A DNA stretch of 64,000 nucleotides, taken from contig CAZVLS010000001.1 in the NCBI GenBank assembly GCA_964628295.1, positions 10,250 to 74,249 of the forward strand. Direction: 5' to 3'. The notes below the pieces were generated by a model, which worked only from the letters and a program-made list of their open reading frames with translations, searched no databases and was not told where the DNA came from. Each line of letters begins with the position of its first letter. Within the stretch, counting starts at the first letter, position 1. Below are positions 9,079 through 17,372 of the stretch, in pieces. The DNA is from an uncultured Acidobacterium sp. Its GTDB lineage: Bacteria > Acidobacteriota > Vicinamibacteria > Vicinamibacterales > UBA2999. Made by a program: the position numbers and the translations under genes.

Positions 9079-9453
9079 TTAAGGTTTGCGCGCGGCTTTG
9101 ATCAGCGCGTCCATATGGTCGAGGTACTTCTCGAATGCGCGGCGGCCCGAAGCGGTGAGCTTGTAGTCGGTGCGTGGTGTGCGACCGGCGAAGGTCTTTG
9201 TGCACGACACGTAGCCGGCTTCCTCCAGCTTGCGCGCATGCACGCTGAGGTTGCCGTCGGTCGCGTTCAGCGCCGCCTTGAGATCGGTGAACGACAGTTC
9301 GTCACCGGCCGCGAGCGCGCTCACGATGCCGAGGCGCATGCGATCGTGCAACAGGCGATCGAGATTGGCGGCGATCTCGCCGCTCCTGGGCTCGAGCTGG
9401 ATTCTTGGGCGCGTGTCGGGTGGTAGCTTTCGCGCCGCGCTGGATTTGGTCAC
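9079..9453 (-). CDS. winged-helix transcriptional regulator (ArsR/MarR-like)
   Basis: RLGIVSALAAGDELSFTDLKAALNATDGNLSVHARKLEEAGYV matches the wHTH pattern. Confidence 0.7.
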   Translation of the reverse strand: MTKSSAARKLPPDTRPRIQLEPRSGEIAANLDRLLHDRMRLGIVSALAAGDELSFTDLKAALNATDGNLSVHARKLEEAGYVSCTKTFAGRTPRTDYKLTASGRRAFEKYLDHMDALIKAARKP

Positions 9454-9471
9454 GTTCGAGTCCTTTGCACC

Positions 9472-10056
9472 CTAGCCGCCGTAGTTCCGTGCGATGTAGA
9501 TACCGAATCCGACGTGCAGCCCGCCGAAGCCGATGGCGAGCCACACATTTGCCCACTCTGACGGCGAGACAATCGCCGCAATGCCGAGCGTCATAAAGCA
9601 CACGCCGATGGCGCGCACGACCGGCACACTGAAAATACCGCCGGTGAGAACACCCGCGCCGTAGAGCAGCAACCACGCCGGCGCCATGACGGTAAAACTC
9701 CGCACCGTCCACAACTCGTAGGTGATCGCGGCTCCGGCCACGAAGGGCGCGATCATGCCCATCGCAAAGCGCCGCGCGTTGGCGCCGGTCAGAGGCGCAC
9801 CGCCGCGGCGGGCCTTGCGCACCATTCCGACCAGGCCGACGACCGCGGCCAGTGCCGCCGCGGCCAGCCATGTGGCCAGCCATCGATCATCGGTCGGCTG
9901 ATTCGCGGCCACGGCCGAGGCGACCAGGGCAATCACCCCCATCACCGCGCCGCCGATGCCCGGAATCGACGTAAACGTGGCGCTCCGTTCCATCGCCTGC
10001 CGGATGAAGTGGAGATTGTCTGCCGCTCGTCCAGACAGCGGTTCCGGCGCGCTCAC
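9472..10056 (-). CDS. hypothetical integral membrane protein (about 5-6 TM helices)
   Basis: Hydrophobic helices throughout. Likely co-transcribed with the wHTH regulator. Confidence 0.6.
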   Translation of the reverse strand: MSAPEPLSGRAADNLHFIRQAMERSATFTSIPGIGGAVMGVIALVASAVAANQPTDDRWLATWLAAAALAAVVGLVGMVRKARRGGAPLTGANARRFAMGMIAPFVAGAAITYELWTVRSFTVMAPAWLLLYGAGVLTGGIFSVPVVRAIGVCFMTLGIAAIVSPSEWANVWLAIGFGGLHVGFGIYIARNYGG

Positions 10057-10181
10057 CAGTCCATGATAGCGCGCTGACTTTGAAATGCAAAGTGAGGGTT
10101 ACTTGGAGTACTCTTGCGGCGTTTGCTCTCGTCCTCCGTAGCGGTCTGCGCGATGGAGGATCTTCATTTTCTGGAGGCTTC

Positions 10182-11384
10182 ATGATCGTCAGGCAACCGC
10201 TGTCCCGCCGCCGGTTCTTCGGTGGCGTCGCCGCCACTTTCGGCGCCATGACTTTGCACAACTCAGAGCTGTTCGCGCAGCAGGCGCCGGCGCCCGGCAC
10301 CGCAGCGACCGCCACGACCCAGCGTTTCGGTGGTTCGGACGCCGACTACGACAAGATGGTCAAGATCGCCAGCAACGAGAACAACTGGGGTCCGCCCGAG
10401 CAGGTCATGAAGGCGATGAACGGCGCGTGGAAGTACGCCAACCGTTACGGCTACCCGGACGGCAACGTCGTTGAAGCCATTGCCGCGCACCACGGCGTCA
10501 AGCCGGAGAACGTGCTCCTGACCGCCGGTTCCGGTGAAGTGCTCCAGGTCGTCGGCACCACCTACCTCCAGGGCGGCAAGAAGGTGGTCGGCGCCGACCC
10601 GTCATACGGCTCGGTCTACTCGCACGCCACCAACATCAAGGCCGAAGCGATCAAGATCCCGCTGAACAAGGACTACACGCAGAACATCCCGGCGATGATC
10701 AAGGCCGCCAACGACAACGCGGCGCAGGTCGGCTTCTTCTATCTCTGCAACCCCAACAACCCGACCGGCGTCATGGTCAGCAAGCAGGACGTCGACGCGG
10801 TGGTGAAGGGCCTGCCGAAGAACATGCCGATCCTGATCGACGAGGCATACCACCACTTCGTGGATGACGCGAGCTACTCCACGGCCACGCCGTACGTGAT
10901 CGAAGGCCGCCCGGTGATCATCGCGCGCACCTTCTCGAAGATCGCGGCGCTCGCCGCCATGCGCATCGGCTACGCGATCGCCCCGGCGGAAATGATCCGC
11001 CAGATGCGTCCCTACTCGATGCAGAGCGTCAACGCCCTCGCCAAGTGGGGCGCCGTTGCGTCGCTGAAGGACACCGCCGGCCAGGCCGAGGTCCGCAAGA
11101 AGATCATCGACATCCGCACCAAGACCTCGCGCGAGCTCGAGGCCCATGGCTACCCGGTCATCCCGTCGCAGACCAACTTCTTCATGGTCAGCCTCGAGGG
11201 CCGTACCGTGCAGCCGGTGATCTCCGAATTCCGCGACAAGGGCATCCTCGTCGGCCGTCCGTTCCCGCCGATGCTGAACCACCTGCGCGTCTCAGTCGGC
11301 ACGCAGGAAGACATGGACAAGTTCCTCAAGGCCTTCAAGGAAATCTTCCCGAAGAAGGCCGCGACGACGATGGCTCGGGGATAG
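10182..11384 (+). CDS. class I/II PLP-dependent aminotransferase (HisC-like) with twin-arginine signal
   Basis: GGAGG precedes ATG 10182. Tat motif SRRRFFGG. Aminotransferase motifs NENNWGPP, YLCNPNNPTG and RTFSKIAALAAMRIGY. Confidence 0.85.
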   Translation: MIVRQPLSRRRFFGGVAATFGAMTLHNSELFAQQAPAPGTAATATTQRFGGSDADYDKMVKIASNENNWGPPEQVMKAMNGAWKYANRYGYPDGNVVEAIAAHHGVKPENVLLTAGSGEVLQVVGTTYLQGGKKVVGADPSYGSVYSHATNIKAEAIKIPLNKDYTQNIPAMIKAANDNAAQVGFFYLCNPNNPTGVMVSKQDVDAVVKGLPKNMPILIDEAYHHFVDDASYSTATPYVIEGRPVIIARTFSKIAALAAMRIGYAIAPAEMIRQMRPYSMQSVNALAKWGAVASLKDTAGQAEVRKKIIDIRTKTSRELEAHGYPVIPSQTNFFMVSLEGRTVQPVISEFRDKGILVGRPFPPMLNHLRVSVGTQEDMDKFLKAFKEIFPKKAATTMARG

Positions 11385-11390
11385 AACAGA

Positions 11391-11523
11391 GGGTTCCAAG
11401 GGTTCCAAGCGTTCCAGTGGTTCCAAAGGCAGCGTTCTATCGGGGTTCCAGGGTCTCAGAACCTGAGGAACAGCGACAGAACGATGCCATTGGAACCGCT
11501 GGAACCTTTGGAACCCTGGAACC
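11391..11523. repeat. inverted 9-mer arrays (GGTTCCAAG family) forming a ~130-nt imperfect hairpin
   Basis: Left arm gggttccaagggttccaagcgttccagtggttccaaagg. Right arm ccattggaaccgctggaacctttggaaccctggaacc. A T-rich tract follows, then ATG 11533. Confidence 0.9.
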
Positions 11524-11532
11524 TTTTCTTTC

Positions 11533-13074
11533 ATGCAGTCGATCCCGAACGCATCCGACATTCTCCAGGCGGTGATCGACGCCACGCCCGACGCGATCTT
11601 CGTCAAGGATCTCGAAGGCCGCTATGTGCTCGCCAACCAGGCCGCCGCGCGGTTCGTCGGGCGAACCCCGGCGGACGTGGTCGGCAAACACGACCTCGAG
11701 CTGTACCCCGAAGAAACCGCCCGCCGCTTCATGCAGGACGACAAGGCCGTCCTCGAGAGCGGCAAGGCCATGTCGTTTGAAGGCGTCGCGTCGAGCGCGT
11801 CGGGCACGCAGGCCTACCTGGTCACCAAGGGCGCCTATCGAGACAAGAACGGCACCATCCTCGGCATCTACGGCATCTCGCACGACATCACCGAGCTGCG
11901 TTCCGCGCAGGACTCCCTCGAACAAACGCGGCAGGCGCTGTTTCGCTCGCAGAAGATGGAAGCGGTTGGCCAGCTCACCGGCGGCATCGCGCACGACTTC
12001 AACAACATCCTGATGGTGATCCTCGGCAACCTCGAGCTGTTGCGGATGAAGCTGCCGGACGTGGATGACGCGACGACGGAATTGATCGATGAGACGTTGC
12101 GGGCCACGCGGCACGGGCAGGACCTGACCGGCGATCTGCTGGCGTTCTCGCGCCGGCGGCAATTGAATCCGCAACCGGTGGCGATCAACGCGCTCGTCGA
12201 AGGCGTGGTCCGGATGCTGACACGCACGCTGGGGGCCAGCATCAAGGTCACCACCACCGCGAGCCGCGATGCCGGCGTGGCGATGGTGGATCCGGCGGCC
12301 CTCGAAGCGGCGATCCTCAACGTGTCGCTCAACGCGCGCGATGCGATGCCCAACGGCGGCACGCTGACGATCCGCACGTCGAAGGCCGACATTAACCAGG
12401 CGCCGCGCACCGAAGACGACCTGCCGATCGGCCAATACGCGATGCTCGCGATTCAGGACACCGGCACCGGCATGCCGCCGGAAGTCGTGTCGCGGGTCTT
12501 CGAACCGTTCTTCACCACCAAGACCGGCGGCACGGGCAGCGGCCTCGGGTTGAGCATGGTCTACGGCTTCGCCAAGCAATCCGGCGGCACCGTCTCGATC
12601 GCCTCCGAGCCAGGGCGCGGCACCACGGTGATCATTTACCTGCCGCTGACCAAGAACAAGCCGGTCGCGCCGGATACACCGGCCTTCCTGCAATCACCGC
12701 CGGTGGTGTCGTTGACGATCCTGGTGGTGGAAGACGAGGCGTCGGTACGCAGCACCGTGCGCCGCCAGCTCGAAACGCTCGGACACACCGTGCTGCTTGC
12801 GGAAACGGCGGTGGCGGCGCTGCCAATCCTGAATAGCGATCAGGCGGTTGATGTGTTGTTGTCAGACGTGGTGCTGGGCAGCGGCATGAACGGCATCGAC
12901 CTCGCCGATGCCGCCCGCGTGATGCGGCCGGCGCTGCCGCTGATCTTCATGTCCGGGTTCACTGCGGTGCCCGAAGCGGCACAGCGGATCCAGGAAAGCG
13001 GCGCGCCCTTGCTCACCAAGCCAGCAACGCTGGTGCAGCTCGAACGCGCGCTGAGTGCGGCCTGTCCGCCGTAG
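11533..13074 (+). CDS. PAS-domain hybrid sensor histidine kinase (HisKA, HATPase_c, receiver)
   Basis: H-box GGIAHDFNNIL, N/G boxes NARDAMP and GTGMPPE..GGTGSGLGLS, and a C-terminal REC domain (ILVVEDE...). Confidence 0.9.
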   Translation: MQSIPNASDILQAVIDATPDAIFVKDLEGRYVLANQAAARFVGRTPADVVGKHDLELYPEETARRFMQDDKAVLESGKAMSFEGVASSASGTQAYLVTKGAYRDKNGTILGIYGISHDITELRSAQDSLEQTRQALFRSQKMEAVGQLTGGIAHDFNNILMVILGNLELLRMKLPDVDDATTELIDETLRATRHGQDLTGDLLAFSRRRQLNPQPVAINALVEGVVRMLTRTLGASIKVTTTASRDAGVAMVDPAALEAAILNVSLNARDAMPNGGTLTIRTSKADINQAPRTEDDLPIGQYAMLAIQDTGTGMPPEVVSRVFEPFFTTKTGGTGSGLGLSMVYGFAKQSGGTVSIASEPGRGTTVIIYLPLTKNKPVAPDTPAFLQSPPVVSLTILVVEDEASVRSTVRRQLETLGHTVLLAETAVAALPILNSDQAVDVLLSDVVLGSGMNGIDLADAARVMRPALPLIFMSGFTAVPEAAQRIQESGAPLLTKPATLVQLERALSAACPP

Positions 13075-13096
13075 CGCTCTGCGCGAAGGCGGACGA

Positions 13097-13777
13097 CTAG
13101 CGGCAGTTCCCGAGGAACTTCGACGACTTGAGCCACTCGGCATCCGGGTAGTAGGCAAACACCAGCCCGCCACCCTTGAGGCGGTCGATCATCTGGCGGG
13201 CGACCAGCTCGCTGACGGCCGGGCATCCCCAGCTGCGCCCGAGACGACCGGTCGACTTCACGAAACCATCACTGACATAAGGAGCGCCATGCATCACGAT
13301 CGCCCGCTCACGCGCGCGGTCGTTGAATCCGCGATCCAGCCCATCGAGCCGCAGCGAGTAGCCGTTCTTGCCAACGTAGGTGGTATCGGTGACGAACAGA
13401 CCCAGGCTCGTCTGGTGCGTGTCCGGCTTGTTCGAGAATTGCGTGGCCACGCCGGCCCCGCTCCCCTGCCCGTGCGCGACGAGTTCTTCGTAAATGAGCT
13501 CCCGCGATTTCAAGTCGAATACCCACAAGCGTTTCTCGCTCGACGGCCTGGAGTAATCGATCACCGTAAGCGTCGGCGGATTCTGCACGGCCCCTGACTT
13601 CACGGCACAGCTGAGTGCGCCGAGGGCGAGGTCGAACACGTCAGTTTCGATGGAGCCGATCGCCGACAGGTCAAAATCGGTGCGTGTGAGGTTGGCTGCG
13701 GTCGCAGCATCCAGGGAGCCTGGAATCAGCAGTGAAAAGACGGATAGTGCAAGGACGAGTATTTTCATTCGCTGCAT
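13097..13777 (-). CDS. L,D-transpeptidase catalytic-domain family protein (YkuD_2-like)
   Basis: Signal peptide. Motifs HGQGSG, IVMHGAPYV and the catalytic GRSWGCPAV. Confidence 0.75.
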   Translation of the reverse strand: MQRMKILVLALSVFSLLIPGSLDAATAANLTRTDFDLSAIGSIETDVFDLALGALSCAVKSGAVQNPPTLTVIDYSRPSSEKRLWVFDLKSRELIYEELVAHGQGSGAGVATQFSNKPDTHQTSLGLFVTDTTYVGKNGYSLRLDGLDRGFNDRARERAIVMHGAPYVSDGFVKSTGRLGRSWGCPAVSELVARQMIDRLKGGGLVFAYYPDAEWLKSSKFLGNCR

Positions 13778-13851
13778 TTACCTGAGATGCCGTTACCGAG
13801 CGGGGAATTTCATTCTACCCCGGCCCGGAGGCAAATGCAGCTCAGCGAAAG

Positions 13852-15426
13852 CTAGTTTCCGGCTTCGCGATCGTAGCCGTAGATGTCGGGCTGGAAATGC
13901 AGCCCGCCATTCTCGTCAACCCAGGACGTGAAGTAGGCAATGTGCACGGGAATCGTCTGCTTCAACTTCACGTGCTTTTCGACACCCGAGCGCATCGACG
14001 CGAAGATCGCCTCGTCGGTCCAGTCGGAATAGCCCTTCAGCACGTACTTGGCGAGCATCTCGGGTTCCTCGACGCGCACGCAGCCGTGACTGAACGCGCG
14101 GCCGGGCTTCGCGAACAACGAATCCGCCGGCGTGTCGTGCAAGTAGACGTTGTGCTTGTTGGGGAACAGGAACTTCACGTGTCCCAGGGCGTTGCCGTCG
14201 CCAGGGCGCTGGCGAAACGCCAGGCCCTTGAGCGACGCAGGGTTATCCCAATCCACGTCAGAGGCATCGAGCGTCTGGGTGCCGGAAGACGACACGCGCA
14301 AGATCTCGATGCCCTGCCTGGCGAGATAACCGGGATCACGCGCAACTGCCGGTGCCGTCTCGTTCTCCGCGATCGTGTCGGGAATGTTCCAATACGGGCT
14401 GAACACCACGGTCTCCATGTCCTCGCTGAAGATCGGCGTGTTATTCCCTGGCTTCCCTACCACGACGCGGATGTCCATGACCGGCTTGCCGGCTTCGCGC
14501 GCGACCAAGTGAAAGTACGGAATGTTGACGAGAAAGTGGCGCTCGCCGAGCTCGTCCGGCATCCAACGCCACCGTTGCAGGTTGATCGCCACCTGTTGAA
14601 TGCGCCAGTCGAGCGGCACGTTAAACGCCGCCAGCGTCTTGTCATCAACCACGCCGGTGGCCGGAAGTGAATGCAACTCTTGAAACGACTTCACTGCCGC
14701 GGCCAGATCCCCTGATCCCTGGTCCCCGCTCCCTGATCCCTTCAAGTGCCCGCTGACCTGCAGGCGTTGACGCAGCTCGTTGTCCGAACGGGCGGTGGGC
14801 ACCTTCACCCACCCGCCCTTCTCGCGCTGGCCAATAAGATCGTCGAGTGCTTTCTGAAGCGCCGCGTATTCGGGGTGCGGCGGGCGTACGGCGTCGACGA
14901 ACGTGGTGGGATCATCGGTCGCCGCGGTGAGCGCGGCGATGAGATCCGGCATCTTGCGGCGTGCCTGGAAGTTGGCGTCCGGCGCCTGGCGCCCGATCGC
15001 GACATCGCGTCCGAACGCGAGCATTCCAGCGGTCAGCCGCGCATCAAATTCCGCGAGCTTCTCGAGACGCTCCGGCGACGCCTTGTCGATCTTCTCGATC
15101 GCCTGGCTCATCTCGAGCAATTCCGGCGCGCTGTAGTCCGACGCCTCGAATCCGTGCTGGCGCGCGGTGTTCAACACCATCAGTGCGGCCGCGCCCTTGT
15201 CAGTGGGTCGCCGGTGATTGACCCAGGCCGGCGCATGCTCGCGCTGTGTGTAGAACGCGCGCACATCTGTCCAGATGGCTGACTCAACTTTTGCAAGCCG
15301 GTCGCCTGCCACCACCTGCTGCAACGCAGGCGTGACTTCATGCGGGGCCGGTTTGCTGGCACAGGCGGCCAGCGCGATGAGCAACGAGGCGATGAGAGCA
15401 CGCACGTTGCTTCCAAAAAGCAACAA
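13852..15426 (-). CDS. murein L,D-transpeptidase (YcbB/LdtD-like)
   Basis: Peptidoglycan-binding-like repeat (AVKSFQELHSLPATGVVD) and YkuD catalytic motif VYLHDTP...SHGCVRV. TTG start in the ORF track. Confidence 0.85.
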   Translation of the reverse strand: MLLFGSNVRALIASLLIALAACASKPAPHEVTPALQQVVAGDRLAKVESAIWTDVRAFYTQREHAPAWVNHRRPTDKGAAALMVLNTARQHGFEASDYSAPELLEMSQAIEKIDKASPERLEKLAEFDARLTAGMLAFGRDVAIGRQAPDANFQARRKMPDLIAALTAATDDPTTFVDAVRPPHPEYAALQKALDDLIGQREKGGWVKVPTARSDNELRQRLQVSGHLKGSGSGDQGSGDLAAAVKSFQELHSLPATGVVDDKTLAAFNVPLDWRIQQVAINLQRWRWMPDELGERHFLVNIPYFHLVAREAGKPVMDIRVVVGKPGNNTPIFSEDMETVVFSPYWNIPDTIAENETAPAVARDPGYLARQGIEILRVSSSGTQTLDASDVDWDNPASLKGLAFRQRPGDGNALGHVKFLFPNKHNVYLHDTPADSLFAKPGRAFSHGCVRVEEPEMLAKYVLKGYSDWTDEAIFASMRSGVEKHVKLKQTIPVHIAYFTSWVDENGGLHFQPDIYGYDREAGN

Positions 15427-15428
15427 TC

Positions 15429-15488
15429 GGGCCAGCGGGCCAGCGGGCTAGCGGGCTAGCGGGCTAGCGGGCTAGCGGGCTAGCGGGC
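15429..15488. repeat. tandem 8-mer array GGGCYAGC, about 7.5 units (reverse complement of the 8545 array)
   Basis: gggccagc x2 then gggctagc x5, period 8. Fills the whole spacer between two minus-strand genes. Confidence 0.9.
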
Positions 15489-15490
15489 AA

Positions 15491-16162
15491 TCAGGAAAGG
15501 GTGAATTCGAGTGTGAGGCCGCTGACGTCGATCCGATCGCCGCTCAGAAGATCGCGCCGGCCGGTGACTTTCTCGCCGTTCACCATCACGGTGGCGCTCA
15601 TCGGCGTAATGGAAAAGCCTTCGCCCTTGCGCGCGATGGCGGCGGCCACCTTCGGCTTGAACCAACCCTTCAGGCGAATCTGCGCGTTGTCCGCAGTGCC
15701 AATCATCGTCGTGACGGCGGCGAGGATGTATTCGCTTTGCCCGGTGCTGCCCGAGACGACCTTGATCGTCCCGATCCGTCCCTGCGCGGTGGGAATGGCC
15801 GTCTTTGGCACCACCGGTTCGTAGACCTGCGACGGCCGGCCCTGCGGAAGACCCGTGAGCACGGGGTCCTGCACGCCCCGGTCGGTGAACACCATCGTGT
15901 GCTTGCCGACCAGCACCACGTCGCCTTCGAGCAGGGTGTGGCGGGCGATGGGCTTGTCGTTGACGAAAGTGCCGTTGGTGCTCTTCAGGTCTTCGAGCAC
16001 GAAGTGATTGCCCTCGCGATAGACACGGGCGTGTCGTCCAGACACCGCCGGGTTGTCGATGACGACGTCGTTGTCCGGCAGGCGGCCGATCGACACCGGG
16101 ACCGAACCGACGACGCAGTCCTTCAGCTCGCGCTCCTCGAACTTGAGGGTCAGTTTCGCCAT
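15491..16162 (-). CDS. FHA-domain protein (N-terminal FHA plus second FHA-like module)
   Basis: ATG 16162. Motifs GRLPDNDVVIDNPAVSGRHARV and STNGTFVN. Its start lies 1 nt after the PP2C stop. Confidence 0.85.
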   Translation of the reverse strand: MAKLTLKFEERELKDCVVGSVPVSIGRLPDNDVVIDNPAVSGRHARVYREGNHFVLEDLKSTNGTFVNDKPIARHTLLEGDVVLVGKHTMVFTDRGVQDPVLTGLPQGRPSQVYEPVVPKTAIPTAQGRIGTIKVVSGSTGQSEYILAAVTTMIGTADNAQIRLKGWFKPKVAAAIARKGEGFSITPMSATVMVNGEKVTGRRDLLSGDRIDVSGLTLEFTLS

Positions 16163-16163
16163 A

Positions 16164-16949
16164 TCAGAATCCCACGATGTTCCGCGCGACGTCGCGCCAC
16201 CCGGATGCCCGGACTTCGACGACCACCACGGTGATGTTGTCGGGGCCGCCCGCCTCATTTGCGGCGTCGACCAGGTAATCGCAACACGCCTGGGGCGCAC
16301 CCGCAAAGCGCTTCAACGCCGCCGCCAGCCGATCGTCGCTGACCATTCGCGTCAGCCCGTCGGTGCAGAGCAGCAAGCGATCACCTGCAGCAACTACGGA
16401 TTCGCTCAACTCCACCTGCACGTCCGGATCGCGTCCGAGCGCGCGCAGCAAGATGTTCTGCTGCGCCGACTTGAGACTCTGCTCCCGATCGATCAGCCCG
16501 GCCTGGACCTGTGCTTCGACAAGAGAGTGATCGGTGGTCAGCGCCTCGAAACCGGTGCCGTCACACAAATAGACGCGGCTGTCACCAACGTGCGCGATGC
16601 TGGCCAGGCCGTCGGCGAGCCAGACCCCCACCACCGTCGTCCCCATACCCGCATGCTCGGGGTCGCTCTTGGCGCGATCGATGATCGCGAGATTGGCTTC
16701 CTCCAGCGCTCGACCCAGCAGCGCGGTCCGAGGCTGGAAGCCTCGCTCCGTCGATCCGTTCCGCGGACCGTGCGTGACAAACGCGCCAATGGTCTCGACC
16801 GCCAGCTGGCTGGCCACTTCGCCCGCGGCGGCGCCACCCATGCCGTCGCAGACCACGAACACTCCGCGGTCGGCGTGCGCGAGGTATGCATCCTCGTTGA
16901 TGGGGCGGACCCGTCCAATGCTGGTCGCCGCACCAACCTTCAGCCGCAT
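16164..16949 (-). CDS. PP2C-family Ser/Thr protein phosphatase (Stp1-like)
   Basis: Motifs NEDAY, VCDGMGG, HVGDSR and CTDGL. Confidence 0.9.
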   Translation of the reverse strand: MRLKVGAATSIGRVRPINEDAYLAHADRGVFVVCDGMGGAAAGEVASQLAVETIGAFVTHGPRNGSTERGFQPRTALLGRALEEANLAIIDRAKSDPEHAGMGTTVVGVWLADGLASIAHVGDSRVYLCDGTGFEALTTDHSLVEAQVQAGLIDREQSLKSAQQNILLRALGRDPDVQVELSESVVAAGDRLLLCTDGLTRMVSDDRLAAALKRFAGAPQACCDYLVDAANEAGGPDNITVVVVEVRASGWRDVARNIVGF

Positions 16950-16967
16950 TGGAGGTATTCTCTCCGG

Positions 16968-17372
16968 ATGAATTGGCTGGTCAAGGAAGAACCGGAGAAC
17001 TATTCCTACTCACAGTTTGCGTCGGACAAGACCACCGTCTGGGCCGGCGTGAAGAATCCCGTGGCACAGCGCAACCTGCGCGAGATGAAGAAAGGCGACC
17101 GCGTCTTCTTCTACCACACGGGCAAAGACAAGGCGATCGTCGGTACTGCCACCGTGGCGAAGACTGCGTACGAGGATCCCAAGGACAAGACCGGCAAGCT
17201 GGTCGTCGTGGAACTCGCGGTGGGCAAGGCCCTGAAGCGCCCCGTGACGCTCGCCGAGATCAAGGCGGACAAGCGTTTTGCGACCATGCCGCTGGTGCGC
17301 ATTGCGCGGCTGTCAGTGCAGCCGGTGACGGACGAACAGTGGGAGTGGATCGAAGGAATCAGCAAGCACTAG
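16968..17372 (+). CDS. EVE (PUA-like) domain protein
   Basis: MNWLVKEEPENYSY...WAGVKNPVAQRNLREMKKGDRVFFYHTG is typical of the EVE/thymocyte-nuclear-protein fold. Confidence 0.8.
   Translation: MNWLVKEEPENYSYSQFASDKTTVWAGVKNPVAQRNLREMKKGDRVFFYHTGKDKAIVGTATVAKTAYEDPKDKTGKLVVVELAVGKALKRPVTLAEIKADKRFATMPLVRIARLSVQPVTDEQWEWIEGISKH

Noticed and set aside
13771-13841. An inverted repeat gctgcattt...aaatgcagc between the two L,D-transpeptidase-family genes.
   Set aside because: It has only a ~10-bp imperfect stem with a ~50-nt loop, which is not distinguishable from chance or a weak terminator.
15429-15488. Possible CRISPR array, given the regular short repeats.
   Set aside because: The units are 8 nt and directly abutting with no spacers, and no cas genes are present. 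This is a simple tandem array.
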